A stretch of DNA of 64,000 nt from a phage: NCBI GenBank assembly GCA_024683775.1, contig GCA_024683775.1_4106.1, one strand, 5' to 3'. The notes under the pieces were generated by a model. It was given only the letters and a program-made list of their open reading frames with translations, ran no database searches and had not been told where the DNA came from. Of this stretch, positions 29,065 to 38,542 are shown one piece after another. The position numbers were made by a program, and so were the translations under genes. Within the stretch, counting starts at the first letter, position 1, and each line of letters opens with the position of its first letter.

Positions 29065-29580
29065 ATGACACGCATTAACTTAGTACACGTTAAAGAACTT
29101 GCTGACCAACATCTGATGGCTGAATATCGTGAACTCCCACGTGTGTTTGGTGCTGTACAAAAACATGTTCAAGCACGTAAGCGAGTCCGTGATTTCAAAA
29201 TTAACAGTACTTACCTGTTAGGTTCAGGTCATGTAACATTCTTCTACAACAAGTTATTGTACTTACAGAAGCGTCATATTGATATTGTTAACGAATGTTT
29301 GCGTCGTGGGATGAAGATTCAAAACACTGAAGTAAACGACATTAGCGGATTCCCTACTGAGTTTTGTAATGACTACGTACCATCGGAGTCAGAGATTAAA
29401 ATGTCTCGTGAGCGTTTGATTGAGAAGCTACAGATGAAGCCTACGTGGTATAAGTTTACTGATGTTGAACGCCCACAGTACGTTAAAGATATGCAGGACG
29501 TAAGTAGTAATATAGAATCTAGTACTGATATGTTCGACGAAATTGAAGAACAAATCAAAGATGAAATGAATAATTATTAA
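29065..29580 (+). CDS. denV: pyrimidine dimer DNA glycosylase (T4 endonuclease V homolog)
   Basis: N-terminus [35 protein letters not shown]...GHVTFFY matches the T4 endoV sequence as I recall it; carries an extra acidic C-terminal extension. Confidence 0.88.
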   Translation: MTRINLVHVKELADQHLMAEYRELPRVFGAVQKHVQARKRVRDFKINSTYLLGSGHVTFFYNKLLYLQKRHIDIVNECLRRGMKIQNTEVNDISGFPTEFCNDYVPSESEIKMSRERLIEKLQMKPTWYKFTDVERPQYVKDMQDVSSNIESSTDMFDEIEEQIKDEMNNY

Positions 29581-29587
29581 AGGTAAG

Positions 29588-29619
29588 GGTTGACTTCGGT
29601 CAGCCCTTTTTGCTATAAT
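29588..29619 (+). terminator. dual terminator-promoter element
   Basis: GGGTTGAC-TTCG-GTCAGCCC hairpin, T5, then TATAAT. Confidence 0.7.
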
Positions 29620-29647
29620 TATTTCATCAACTGATGAGGATAACGAA

Positions 29648-30418
29648 ATGACCAGAGAAGCCCGTAGCATTCAAATCCAGAAAAACTTCAACTCCATGAT
29701 GGTTGCTCTTGAGTGTTTGCTCGATGATAGCAGTACTGTAAAAAGTATGGTTGTCAGCGGTGCACCTGGTGTTGGTAAGACTTACACCCTGTCACAACGC
29801 CTCCAGAAAGCTCATGACGCAGCAGAATGGAACGTAGCTACTATCAGTGGTAAGATGACTACTCTTGCTCTGTATGAAGTTCTGTACAAGAATCGTCACA
29901 GCACCAACGTATTAGTACTGGATGATATGGACAGCATCTTTGATTCAGAAGACGGTATGAACCTGCTCAAAGCAGTACTGGACAGCGGTAAACGTACTGT
30001 GTCTTACATGACTAGCTCTAAGTACTTAACTACCAACGGTATCCCTAACAGCTTTGATTTTAACGGTCGTATCGTATTCATTACTAACAAAGATTTGGCA
30101 CTGAATGCTAAAGCTAAAACCAAAATGTCTGCTCACTATGCTGCTCTTATGTCTCGCTCTGTGTATGTTGACTTACAGATCCAGACTAAAAGCGATATCA
30201 TGATTCACATTGAAAACGTAATGAACAAGACCAACATCCTGTCAACTAAAGGTGTTAATAGTAATGGTAGCAAAGCAATCCTGAATTGGATGCTGAAACA
30301 TGAAGATGCACTTCGTGCTCCTTCACTGCGTATGCCTCTGTTGATTTCAGCAGTATACAACAACAACCCGTATGATTGGGAAGAGCAGTGCGAAAACTTG
30401 TTCCTTGAGAAAATTTAA
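29648..30418 (+). CDS. P-loop NTPase (AAA-type ATPase-like)
   Basis: Walker A GAPGVGKT and Walker B-like VLVLDDMD. Confidence 0.6.
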   Translation: MTREARSIQIQKNFNSMMVALECLLDDSSTVKSMVVSGAPGVGKTYTLSQRLQKAHDAAEWNVATISGKMTTLALYEVLYKNRHSTNVLVLDDMDSIFDSEDGMNLLKAVLDSGKRTVSYMTSSKYLTTNGIPNSFDFNGRIVFITNKDLALNAKAKTKMSAHYAALMSRSVYVDLQIQTKSDIMIHIENVMNKTNILSTKGVNSNGSKAILNWMLKHEDALRAPSLRMPLLISAVYNNNPYDWEEQCENLFLEKI

Positions 30419-30427
30419 TTACATGTA

Positions 30428-30456
30428 TTGACAGTACTACCATAGTGTAGTACTAT
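30428..30456 (+). promoter_or_regulatory. sigma70-like promoter TTGACA-N17-TACTAT
   Basis: hexamers read directly upstream of the family B cluster. Confidence 0.5.
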
Positions 30457-30485
30457 AACTTAATATTCACCACCGGAGATACGAT

Positions 30486-30824
30486 ATGCTTGAGTTTTTT
30501 AATTCAGATACAATGCTTAGTATTACTTTGATTTATCTGTTTGGTTTTTTCTTTTATCATGCACTAGTTGTAGTACTATGGTATTTTAAAAAGAAAATCG
30601 TTTTCAAACTGTATCCTGATGGAAACATTTCACTACTTCTTTTCACTATTATCCAAGGTATGTTTGCAATTGTTGGTCTTATCGCACACTTAATTTATTG
30701 TGCTAATCCACAGTTGAACTCAATATCACAATATATTGTATTCCTTGGATTACTAATTTGGGTGCTGATATACTTGTTTAATCTCATCATTAATGGTAGA
30801 GCAAAAATTCGTGGGGACTTCTAA
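30486..30824 (+). CDS. small membrane protein, family B member 4
   Basis: hydrophobic segments; basic C-terminus. Confidence 0.5.
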   Translation: MLEFFNSDTMLSITLIYLFGFFFYHALVVVLWYFKKKIVFKLYPDGNISLLLFTIIQGMFAIVGLIAHLIYCANPQLNSISQYIVFLGLLIWVLIYLFNLIINGRAKIRGDF

Positions 30825-31171
30825 TGTTTGAATCTTATCTTGAGTTTTTAAAGAGTAGTTCTGTTGCACATTCAATTGCAGGGATTATTCTAACAGGTTA
30901 TGTAACATTTTGGGTAGTTATGTTTCTAGGATGGTATTTTAAACGACAATTCTATAAGCGTAATGGTGAAGATTTTATGAATTCTTTCATTAATCAATCG
31001 TTGTTTGCATCAACATTGATAGCATGTATTGTAGCAACACTCACAGGAAAGGTACTGCCAGCATTCTCCGCAGTTTACGGTACATTGGGTATGATATGTG
31101 TAGTTTTTTACTTGACCATTAAACTTTGTTGTGTTATGATTGAACTTCGAAACAAGATACCGGAGGAATGA
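30824..31171 (+). CDS. small membrane protein, family B member 5
   Basis: C-terminal ELRNKIPEE tail. Confidence 0.55.
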   Translation: MFESYLEFLKSSSVAHSIAGIILTGYVTFWVVMFLGWYFKRQFYKRNGEDFMNSFINQSLFASTLIACIVATLTGKVLPAFSAVYGTLGMICVVFYLTIKLCCVMIELRNKIPEE

Positions 31172-31506
31172 TGGAATATTTTTTACACTTACTGCCGTGG
31201 TATATGAAAGTTAGTACTATGTACTATATTCTTAGTGCTGGATTCTACTTTCTGATGTGGTTCTTCAAACGACCAATTTCAGTATTCATCTCTGATAACA
31301 TGCTGCAATTAAAATTACACGCATGGTTTGGTATGGCGATGTTCATGCCTATTATTCACTACTCAATGATTAGTAGAGGGTTCCGTTCCAATGGTGAACC
31401 AATTATATTAGTATTCTATTGGGGTTCAACTATTGCATATGTAAGTTTGTTGTTGTTCCCAGTCGTTCATAAATTACGTGCTAAAGTTCCTGATGCGAGG
31501 TACTAA
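31168..31506 (+). CDS. small membrane protein, family B member 6
   Basis: C-terminal KLRAKVPD tail. Confidence 0.55.
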   Translation: MMEYFLHLLPWYMKVSTMYYILSAGFYFLMWFFKRPISVFISDNMLQLKLHAWFGMAMFMPIIHYSMISRGFRSNGEPIILVFYWGSTIAYVSLLLFPVVHKLRAKVPDARY

Positions 31507-31820
31507 TGGATATCGTAACATTGATTTACACGCTTTATTCATTCTATTTTATTATGTGTTGGGTTGGATTTTTATTTGTATTGAAGATGTTTGATTATGT
31601 TGAAAAACAGATAAAAGAATTTTGTATTCCTTTTATTGGGTCAACCATAATTAGTATTACTTGTTTGTATTATTTGGTATGTGATCCACCTGTTAATACA
31701 GCAATGATTGACTTCATGTTATTACCAACAACTGTTATTTTTTTATGTAGTCTGATGCCACCGATTAGTCGTGGGCTAACCGAATTTAGACGCAATCAAA
31801 AGCGTAAACGAGGGATGTGA
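31506..31820 (+). CDS. small membrane protein, family B member 7
   Basis: hydrophobic segments; basic C-terminus. Confidence 0.5.
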   Translation: MDIVTLIYTLYSFYFIMCWVGFLFVLKMFDYVEKQIKEFCIPFIGSTIISITCLYYLVCDPPVNTAMIDFMLLPTTVIFLCSLMPPISRGLTEFRRNQKRKRGM

Positions 31821-32188
31821 TGGAAATTGCACTTATTATATTAACTGCTATGTTGTTTATTAGTACAATTGTTATTATTGGCAAGTTCTTCTGTGTATCC
31901 TTCTTGGAAACCGTATACGATGAAATTGCTGATGACTATGAATTACATGCAGGATTTTTTACTACGTATTGGATTAGTTTATTACTACTTATCACTGTAT
32001 GGATTTTACATATATTCAAATGGGGTATGGTAGATGGTGATCCAGTACTGGCAATTATCTGTGTAGTGTTTGGTCTACTCGGTGGTGCTGTCCATAATCT
32101 GATGGTAATTTGGCAAACCGTACAATATGTATTAGTTCCACATTTTCAGAGAATGCACCAAAGCATCAAATACCGCAAACGAGGATAA
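31817..32188 (+). CDS. small membrane protein, family B member 8
   Basis: hydrophobic segments; basic C-terminus. Confidence 0.5.
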   Translation: MMEIALIILTAMLFISTIVIIGKFFCVSFLETVYDEIADDYELHAGFFTTYWISLLLLITVWILHIFKWGMVDGDPVLAIICVVFGLLGGAVHNLMVIWQTVQYVLVPHFQRMHQSIKYRKRG

Positions 32189-32189
32189 C

Positions 32190-32552
32190 ATGAATAATAT
32201 TGAATTATCTTTTATTGGTCAATTAATGGTAATGGCGTATACATTTATCTTCTCACTGAATGCATTCGTGTGCATTGGGAAATACTTCCATAAGCGACCA
32301 TTATCAAATATATATGATGTAATACAAAGGAGATATAGTCCAGCATATACTGTGTTGAGTACAGCATTCAATTTTGGTTTTATTCTAATGCTGGTTGCAT
32401 TATTAACATCGAGTTCGAATTTTATAACATTTGGTATTATGGTATGTTCACTAACACTGTGTGTGGTTATTCTCTGTGCATCCGTTGAGTTGCTGGCATG
32501 GATGTATAATAAGATTTCCGAAATCCATGAGCGTTTAGGTAAGAGGAACTAA
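32190..32552 (+). CDS. small membrane protein, family B member 9
   Basis: hydrophobic segments; basic C-terminus. Confidence 0.5.
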   Translation: MNNIELSFIGQLMVMAYTFIFSLNAFVCIGKYFHKRPLSNIYDVIQRRYSPAYTVLSTAFNFGFILMLVALLTSSSNFITFGIMVCSLTLCVVILCASVELLAWMYNKISEIHERLGKRN

Positions 32553-32553
32553 A

Positions 32554-32925
32554 ATGAGTTATCGTGAAATATTTTCGATCATTACTATTATTGTGTTTAG
32601 TTTAGGTTCTTTGATTTGGTTATTGTATTACTTCTGTGTAACCCCAGTATATAATATGCTAAATTCAGTTCGCTCTGATGTTGGTATTGTTTCTTTTATT
32701 ATCTTCATGGCATATTATATGCTAAGTATCACAGGTTTGGTTTCGGTTGTTATCTTTGACCTTGGACCGAATCAAGATGGCATGGAGATGTGGGAATTGA
32801 TAACGATGTTTGCATGTATGATACCTGCATTTGGTGTATGTGCTGGTGTATTTTATGGGTTGTGTAAAGGTGTGAACTACTTAAAAAATATCCACAATAC
32901 TATTCGTAAAAAACGTATGTTATAA
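32554..32925 (+). CDS. small membrane protein, family B member 10
   Basis: hydrophobic segments; basic C-terminus. Confidence 0.5.
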   Translation: MSYREIFSIITIIVFSLGSLIWLLYYFCVTPVYNMLNSVRSDVGIVSFIIFMAYYMLSITGLVSVVIFDLGPNQDGMEMWELITMFACMIPAFGVCAGVFYGLCKGVNYLKNIHNTIRKKRML

Positions 32926-32961
32926 TAAAAAATCCAGTACTATAATAGTACTGGATTAATT

Positions 32962-34086
32962 TTAATTATCTAAGCCACCAATTACACTGAACTGTGTGGT
33001 AACGTCTGAACTATTATCTATGTAAGTTCTTCTACCAACATAATATAGTTGTCCTTTTGCTTGAATAAAAGTTACGGTCCCTGTATTAAATGTTATAATA
33101 TCATTGTATGTAATGTCAGGTGGTAGTGCTGCTGATAACGCAGTAACTTTACTTAATGCAGCACTAGTACTACCATTTATACCAGCAGCAATACTACCAG
33201 TACCATAGAACTTATTATCTTTACCAATGAATACGTTGGCTGATGCTTGTGTAGCTGATGTTATTGCCTTACCAATTTGGAATGCGGTTCCTATGGTGTA
33301 TGGTGTGCTCCTGGCAGCGTCTATGCTTTGTGTATATCCATCCCCTAGCTGACCATTAACTTTGTCACCACATGAGTATAGAGTACCATTGAGGCTGTAT
33401 ATGATCCCACGGTTAGAGAAGCTAACAGCTTCTGCATTAGTCCATACTGGTGCGGTGTATGAGTTTACACGACTCGCGGTAGTTCCTAGACCTAGTATAC
33501 CATATGTGTTATCACCACATCCAAACCATTGCCCAGAACTGTTTTGATAGAACACTGAACGTTCTGTTGATTCCATGCGTACAGCATCCACAGCACCACT
33601 TTTAACGAACGAAGTGGATGAGGATGTAGTACCAGTACCCAATGCACCATAAGTGTTTGTACCAATCGCATAGATTGATCCTAGTGGTGTCATAACACGT
33701 ATGCAGTTATATCCCAATTGAACTTTACATTCAAATAGGTTGTCCCATATTTCAGGAACAGCAGAAAATAAATTTGTAATTTCGAACCATGATGTTGTCG
33801 AACCAGTTAATCCTATACTGCTTTTGTTTCCTAAAATGAAAACAGTTTTGTCCTTCTTAATTATCCATGATGATAGGAAACCTATCTCACAGCTATGAAC
33901 ATTTGATTCTATTTGGGTAATATAATACTTAACTGTGTTATCACCCATGAATGCCGCAGCACCGGATGCAAAAAGGTTTCCAGTTTGTTTATTTAAAATG
34001 TAGTTATTGTTTCCATATACACTAACATCATAAGAACTTTCTTGTTTTTCGTTCCCATAATCAAATAACAATACGAAAGGTAACAT
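32962..34086 (-). CDS. MLPF-leader RCC1-like beta-propeller paralog A1 (FDYGN subtype)
   Basis: N-terminus MLPFVLLFDYGN; GDNTYGILGLG and GDKVNGQLGDG repeat motifs; AAGGAG RBS. Confidence 0.65.
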   Translation of the reverse strand: MLPFVLLFDYGNEKQESSYDVSVYGNNNYILNKQTGNLFASGAAAFMGDNTVKYYITQIESNVHSCEIGFLSSWIIKKDKTVFILGNKSSIGLTGSTTSWFEITNLFSAVPEIWDNLFECKVQLGYNCIRVMTPLGSIYAIGTNTYGALGTGTTSSSTSFVKSGAVDAVRMESTERSVFYQNSSGQWFGCGDNTYGILGLGTTASRVNSYTAPVWTNAEAVSFSNRGIIYSLNGTLYSCGDKVNGQLGDGYTQSIDAARSTPYTIGTAFQIGKAITSATQASANVFIGKDNKFYGTGSIAAGINGSTSAALSKVTALSAALPPDITYNDIITFNTGTVTFIQAKGQLYYVGRRTYIDNSSDVTTQFSVIGGLDN

Positions 34087-34163
34087 GATAAAATCTCCTT
34101 GTGTTATACTTTATTTAATCATTTTATAATGTACAATTTTACAGCGATTTAATTGAGGTACTC

Positions 34164-34814
34164 ATGAATAAAAGAAGTAAGTTCTATCAAGAATATTTCA
34201 CTAAACATAAACGATTCACAAAAAAATACTTTACATCATCCCACCGACCAGTTGCAAGTTACAAACGTCCTAATACTAACTATCTTGCTGGTGGCAAGTT
34301 TAGTGCAAAGTTCGAATTACTTATGCGTGAAAAGAATATCAAGATGCATTACGCAGAGACGAGAAAAAACTCATCAATTATTTGCTCTGATTTTCTTGAG
34401 TACGGTTGCTTAACTTATAAATTCAATGATGTATATTTGTATATTGATGTTGATTGTAACAGTACTCTTATGTTTGAGATTTCAATTCACCCAAATCACA
34501 ACCGTTATATAAACATTAACTTGATTGATAAAGTACTGATTGGTATATCTAGTACTGATGGTGGTGGATTTGAATTTATTGCTTCAAAATATGATGAAGA
34601 TTTCGTACTTTACCCAGTACTTGATGATGTGAAAGATATTCTCAATTCATTAAAAGGAAGTCAATACAAATTACCTGAAGAACAGCTATTTCAGTACTCA
34701 CTTATTCATGATGATATCGAGATATACTTAGAGTGTGCGAGAATCTTGGAGTATCTTTATAATGAACTAACAACAACTGGTAAAGTGACTGCATTCACAT
34801 TATATAATATGTAA
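34164..34814 (+). CDS. hypothetical protein embedded in the - strand array
   Basis: 216-aa ORF diverging from A1, with TATAAT-like box and GAGG RBS upstream. Confidence 0.5.
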   Translation: MNKRSKFYQEYFTKHKRFTKKYFTSSHRPVASYKRPNTNYLAGGKFSAKFELLMREKNIKMHYAETRKNSSIICSDFLEYGCLTYKFNDVYLYIDVDCNSTLMFEISIHPNHNRYININLIDKVLIGISSTDGGGFEFIASKYDEDFVLYPVLDDVKDILNSLKGSQYKLPEEQLFQYSLIHDDIEIYLECARILEYLYNELTTTGKVTAFTLYNM

Positions 34815-34821
34815 AAGAAAT

Positions 34822-34841
34822 GCCAGTACTCAAGTACTGGC
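34822..34841. terminator. array hairpin GCCAGTACT-CA-AGTACTGGC (bidirectional)
   Basis: perfect 9-bp stem built from two AGTACT sites, between convergent genes. Confidence 0.55.
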
Positions 34842-34847
34842 ATTATA

Positions 34848-35981
34848 TTAAACTGGTGGAGAATTATATGGCTCAAATTTATAAGTTGTCGTAGTAGTAC
34901 CAGCAAGGACGTTGTTAGCTAGTATGTACATAGTCCTGTAGTCGATTACCACCACAGTAATACTACCACCAAAAGCATAGTCTGTTATGTTATTAGTGTT
35001 GAATGGTAAATTAGATGAACTGGTCCATGTATTAGCTGTTGTGCTATTTGTACCATTGGAATAGCCGACACTAGATGTACCAGTTGTCCATAAGTTTCCA
35101 TCATTGAACAACGATACATGGTTAGCTGTATATGATTTATTAGGTATAGAACTATCAATTGGTGTATTCCAAACTTTAGTAACCCATGTTGTAACTTCTG
35201 TATTATTAGTAACGCCATTACCTAATGAACCATTTATTGGTATACCTCTTATATAAGAAGTGTTAGTACTAGGGTCAACATATCCAAATGTATATGTATC
35301 AAATGCAAATTGAAAACAATCAGAACTCGGTAATGTGTACAGTAATGTATATGAAGACGTGATTATTGATGAATTTGTACCGTTCACGCCTTGGTATAAA
35401 ATACCACTAGCCAATATTTGATTATTATTTTTTGTTATAGTGTTCATTAACGGATATGTTTTCACATCACGCACATCATTAGTCACATATGTTTGTGTTG
35501 ATAATGCAACTTTACTACCATTACCTATAACCCCTGTATTTGCACCACTCCCATAAAGTGAACCATCATTCAAAAGAACCATTGTAACATTACCATTTCC
35601 CGTAATTGTTTTAATATTACTAACATCCACCGCAGCAAATACAGTTGATGTTAAATCAGTGAAACGTGTATAATGTGATGTTGTGCCATTGATTGGTGTC
35701 GCAAAACCAGAATACAAAATTCTATTTTCTTTGGTAATAAGGAATGTTCCAGTAACACCGTTTGAATGGATATCAATAATATTATCGCCCATTAATACCC
35801 AATCACTTACGAATGTTGTACCAGCACCCAACCCATATGTCGTATTGTATCCACGTCCATACACTCTACCATCACTGAGTAATGTTACCACACATTGACC
35901 ACCACCACCAAGTATAACTTTTTGGATAGTACTCTTTACTTTTACATTCCCGTACTTAACCATTCTTGCAAAAGGTAACAT
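34848..35981 (-). CDS. MLPF-leader RCC1-like paralog A2 (VKYGN subtype)
   Basis: N-terminus MLPFARMVKYGN; Gly/Ser/Thr/Asn-rich repeats; only 12 nt downstream of A3. Confidence 0.65.
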   Translation of the reverse strand: MLPFARMVKYGNVKVKSTIQKVILGGGGQCVVTLLSDGRVYGRGYNTTYGLGAGTTFVSDWVLMGDNIIDIHSNGVTGTFLITKENRILYSGFATPINGTTSHYTRFTDLTSTVFAAVDVSNIKTITGNGNVTMVLLNDGSLYGSGANTGVIGNGSKVALSTQTYVTNDVRDVKTYPLMNTITKNNNQILASGILYQGVNGTNSSIITSSYTLLYTLPSSDCFQFAFDTYTFGYVDPSTNTSYIRGIPINGSLGNGVTNNTEVTTWVTKVWNTPIDSSIPNKSYTANHVSLFNDGNLWTTGTSSVGYSNGTNSTTANTWTSSSNLPFNTNNITDYAFGGSITVVVIDYRTMYILANNVLAGTTTTTYKFEPYNSPPV

Positions 35982-35993
35982 AATTATTCTCTC

Positions 35994-37112
35994 CTATATT
36001 ACTATTTTTTCTTCAGTATATATTAATGCTTTATCTGATGTAGTGTAGCTAGGTATTGGGAACAATCTACCTGCAACATAACATATGTCATTTTCTATAT
36101 AATATGATGAATATGTACTGTCAAAGAATATAGGCTCTATTGAAGTTGGTGCATTGATCATCTTAGTAAATGCTGGAACCGGTCCAGGTGTAAAACTTGC
36201 ATTTGTACTGGTAAACCCATAATTATCGGAAACTGCTGACACATAATAATCGGTTCCATTCTGGATTATTATTTTTGCTGCAACCGAACTACTATTATAA
36301 ACGATTTTAGGAAATGCAAATGTGGCTGCATTATATGTGAATGGTAACGAACAAGAAACTAAAGTTGCAGTTGCACCAGACACTGATGTTCCATATTTAT
36401 TGTTGACGTTTCCTCTGGCAAATACACCACTAGCGGTATTAAGCACTACAACAGCAACTGTTGCTGAATAACCCAAAACCCCTGTTGCAATTTGGGTAAA
36501 CCCAGTGGAACTAGGTATTTGACTAGCGTTTGGGTTTCCAGAACCATAAAGAACACCAGAATTAGTTAATGCCCATACGTTTGCATACATTAATTTGAAT
36601 GACTTGACATCACTGACTATCGTATTTTTAACAAAAGATGTACTACTACTTGGTGTGCTCATTCCAAATATATATTGCGTATTCGTACCAATGAACCACA
36701 ATTCTCCTAAGTTTGTCAGTACCCCTATACAGTTACGTAACGCATTAACTTGAACATCAATTATTGTACCAGTTACTGCATTAAAAATCGAACTACAATT
36801 AACAAATATATTACTTGTTGGATAACCAAATGCAGTAGTTTCACCGCTGCACATATACTGACCGTCTTTGAGTTTTAAAAATGTCCACGTAGGTGAATAG
36901 TAAAAGTCATCAACATTTTCATATATCAAAGTCCACTTATCAGCCGATGTAGTAACATCACCAAACTTACCATTTGTATTTGGTCCCGCAGCATATAATT
37001 TACCACTTGTTGTTAAGAATAAAATACCACTAGTTCCGTCCGTGACCATTTTACGTATTTTCGTAACTTCTCTTACATTTCCGTACTTAACCATTCTTGC
37101 AAAAGGTAACAT
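35994..37112 (-). CDS. MLPF-leader RCC1-like paralog A3 (VKYGN subtype)
   Basis: N-terminus MLPFARMVKYGN; preceded by conserved hairpin/A+T-box/AAGGAGG cassette. Confidence 0.65.
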   Translation of the reverse strand: MLPFARMVKYGNVREVTKIRKMVTDGTSGILFLTTSGKLYAAGPNTNGKFGDVTTSADKWTLIYENVDDFYYSPTWTFLKLKDGQYMCSGETTAFGYPTSNIFVNCSSIFNAVTGTIIDVQVNALRNCIGVLTNLGELWFIGTNTQYIFGMSTPSSSTSFVKNTIVSDVKSFKLMYANVWALTNSGVLYGSGNPNASQIPSSTGFTQIATGVLGYSATVAVVVLNTASGVFARGNVNNKYGTSVSGATATLVSCSLPFTYNAATFAFPKIVYNSSSVAAKIIIQNGTDYYVSAVSDNYGFTSTNASFTPGPVPAFTKMINAPTSIEPIFFDSTYSSYYIENDICYVAGRLFPIPSYTTSDKALIYTEEKIVI

Positions 37113-37157
37113 AATTCCCTCCTTTATTCTTTATACTATATTTAATCAAAAAGAAAA

Positions 37158-37176
37158 GCCAGTACTCTGTACTGGC
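37158..37176 (-). terminator. array cassette hairpin GCCAGTAC..GTACTGGC plus T-run
   Basis: inverted repeat read directly; T-rich tract follows on the - strand. Confidence 0.5.
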
Positions 37177-37182
37177 ACTATA

Positions 37183-38532
37183 TTACAACAAATGTATTTC
37201 TGTGAGTGTTTGATATGTTACACCGTTGTACACACCTCTCCAATATACCTTACCTTCAGTACTAACCACTAATAATCCATATGTTGTAAACCCAAGAGTA
37301 CCACCAACATACATAGCATCTTTGATTTTAATACCAATGTCTTCATATGTAAATGAAGCGACTGCTCCCGCTTGCCATGAAGGACTAGCATAGTAATCAC
37401 TATAAACACCATGTGCTTTATATATTGATGTTGTTCCGGGTTCAAAAATTACAGTTCCACAGTAGTTCATTCGTATTTTGGTACTGGATGAAGTTGGTAC
37501 ATTTATACCTACATCATCTTTAATCCCTGTAGTTAGGACGTTAAAACCACCCGCTACACGGTTGACGTCATTCGCACCGATTAGAAACATACCAACGTTG
37601 TAGCCCATATAATACACACTACTTGTACCATTCCAGAAAGAAAAACCACCACCATTACCACAGCGATATAGTTGTGAATTTGAGCAGTACATCATGCCTT
37701 CGTTTGTTGCATCAAAATCATCTGCTGTTCCGATTACAGCCACTGTAGTCCACGTTTTAATCACTTGGTTTGTACTAGCTGGTTTTTGTATACCATATCG
37801 TATATTATATCCCTTACCTACGATTGTACCATCTTCTAATTTGGCATAAAGTACAGGTCTATTACCAACAAAATACACATTATTATGTGACATGTCTATT
37901 GTGCATCTTAATGAAACTGCTTTTTGTGTCAATTGATTATCTTTAGTAAAAGAAGTAAAGTAGTAATCTGATGTGGAGTTGTTTATTAAACCTTGAATCG
38001 ACAAACCCATATACCAGATTTCACCATTAGTGTTCAATGCTGCCAAAATACAACTATATTTTGAAGTGTATGCTGGGGTTAATGATGTTGCTGGACCTTT
38101 ATCATATCCACCACAGAATACCATTTCCACAACTTCACCTACGTTAGAAAAATAAGAAGATACATTTATAAAACCATTTGTTATAAAAGGTGCTGTAGTT
38201 ATACTTGAATGTGTGAATATTCCATTTGCATATACACCACAAAAATGATATGAACCATCATTATCTTTAACTATTATTCCATTTGATAGTAGCCAAAAAT
38301 TGTTTACATTTTTTCGTACTAATTCAATTCCTGTACCATTGGTTGGTGTTATACCAAAAGAAACATATTTTGTTTGACCAATACCATATAAATTTCCATT
38401 TGATGCTAATATTGCACCAAACCAATTACCACCACCATTCCTATCATGACCCATACCAATGGAGTCGAATTTCTTTACAGTTGGAACATCTACTGTATTC
38501 CCATAATCAAATAATCTAACAAAAGGTAACAT
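37183..38532 (-). CDS. MLPF-leader paralog A4 (FDYGN subtype, 449 aa)
   Basis: N-terminus MLPFVRLFDYGN; longer, more divergent body. Confidence 0.6.
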   Translation of the reverse strand: MLPFVRLFDYGNTVDVPTVKKFDSIGMGHDRNGGGNWFGAILASNGNLYGIGQTKYVSFGITPTNGTGIELVRKNVNNFWLLSNGIIVKDNDGSYHFCGVYANGIFTHSSITTAPFITNGFINVSSYFSNVGEVVEMVFCGGYDKGPATSLTPAYTSKYSCILAALNTNGEIWYMGLSIQGLINNSTSDYYFTSFTKDNQLTQKAVSLRCTIDMSHNNVYFVGNRPVLYAKLEDGTIVGKGYNIRYGIQKPASTNQVIKTWTTVAVIGTADDFDATNEGMMYCSNSQLYRCGNGGGFSFWNGTSSVYYMGYNVGMFLIGANDVNRVAGGFNVLTTGIKDDVGINVPTSSSTKIRMNYCGTVIFEPGTTSIYKAHGVYSDYYASPSWQAGAVASFTYEDIGIKIKDAMYVGGTLGFTTYGLLVVSTEGKVYWRGVYNGVTYQTLTEIHLL

Positions 38533-38542
38533 ATATTCCTCC

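Noticed and set aside
521-29670. Numerous short - strand ORFs overlapping + strand genes (e.g. 521..721, 1758..2093, 3715..3954, 4314..4790, 14339..14554, 21757..22017, 22596..23218, 29373..29670)
   Set aside because: All lie antisense within longer + strand ORFs that fit the co-oriented gene chain; typical shadow ORFs.
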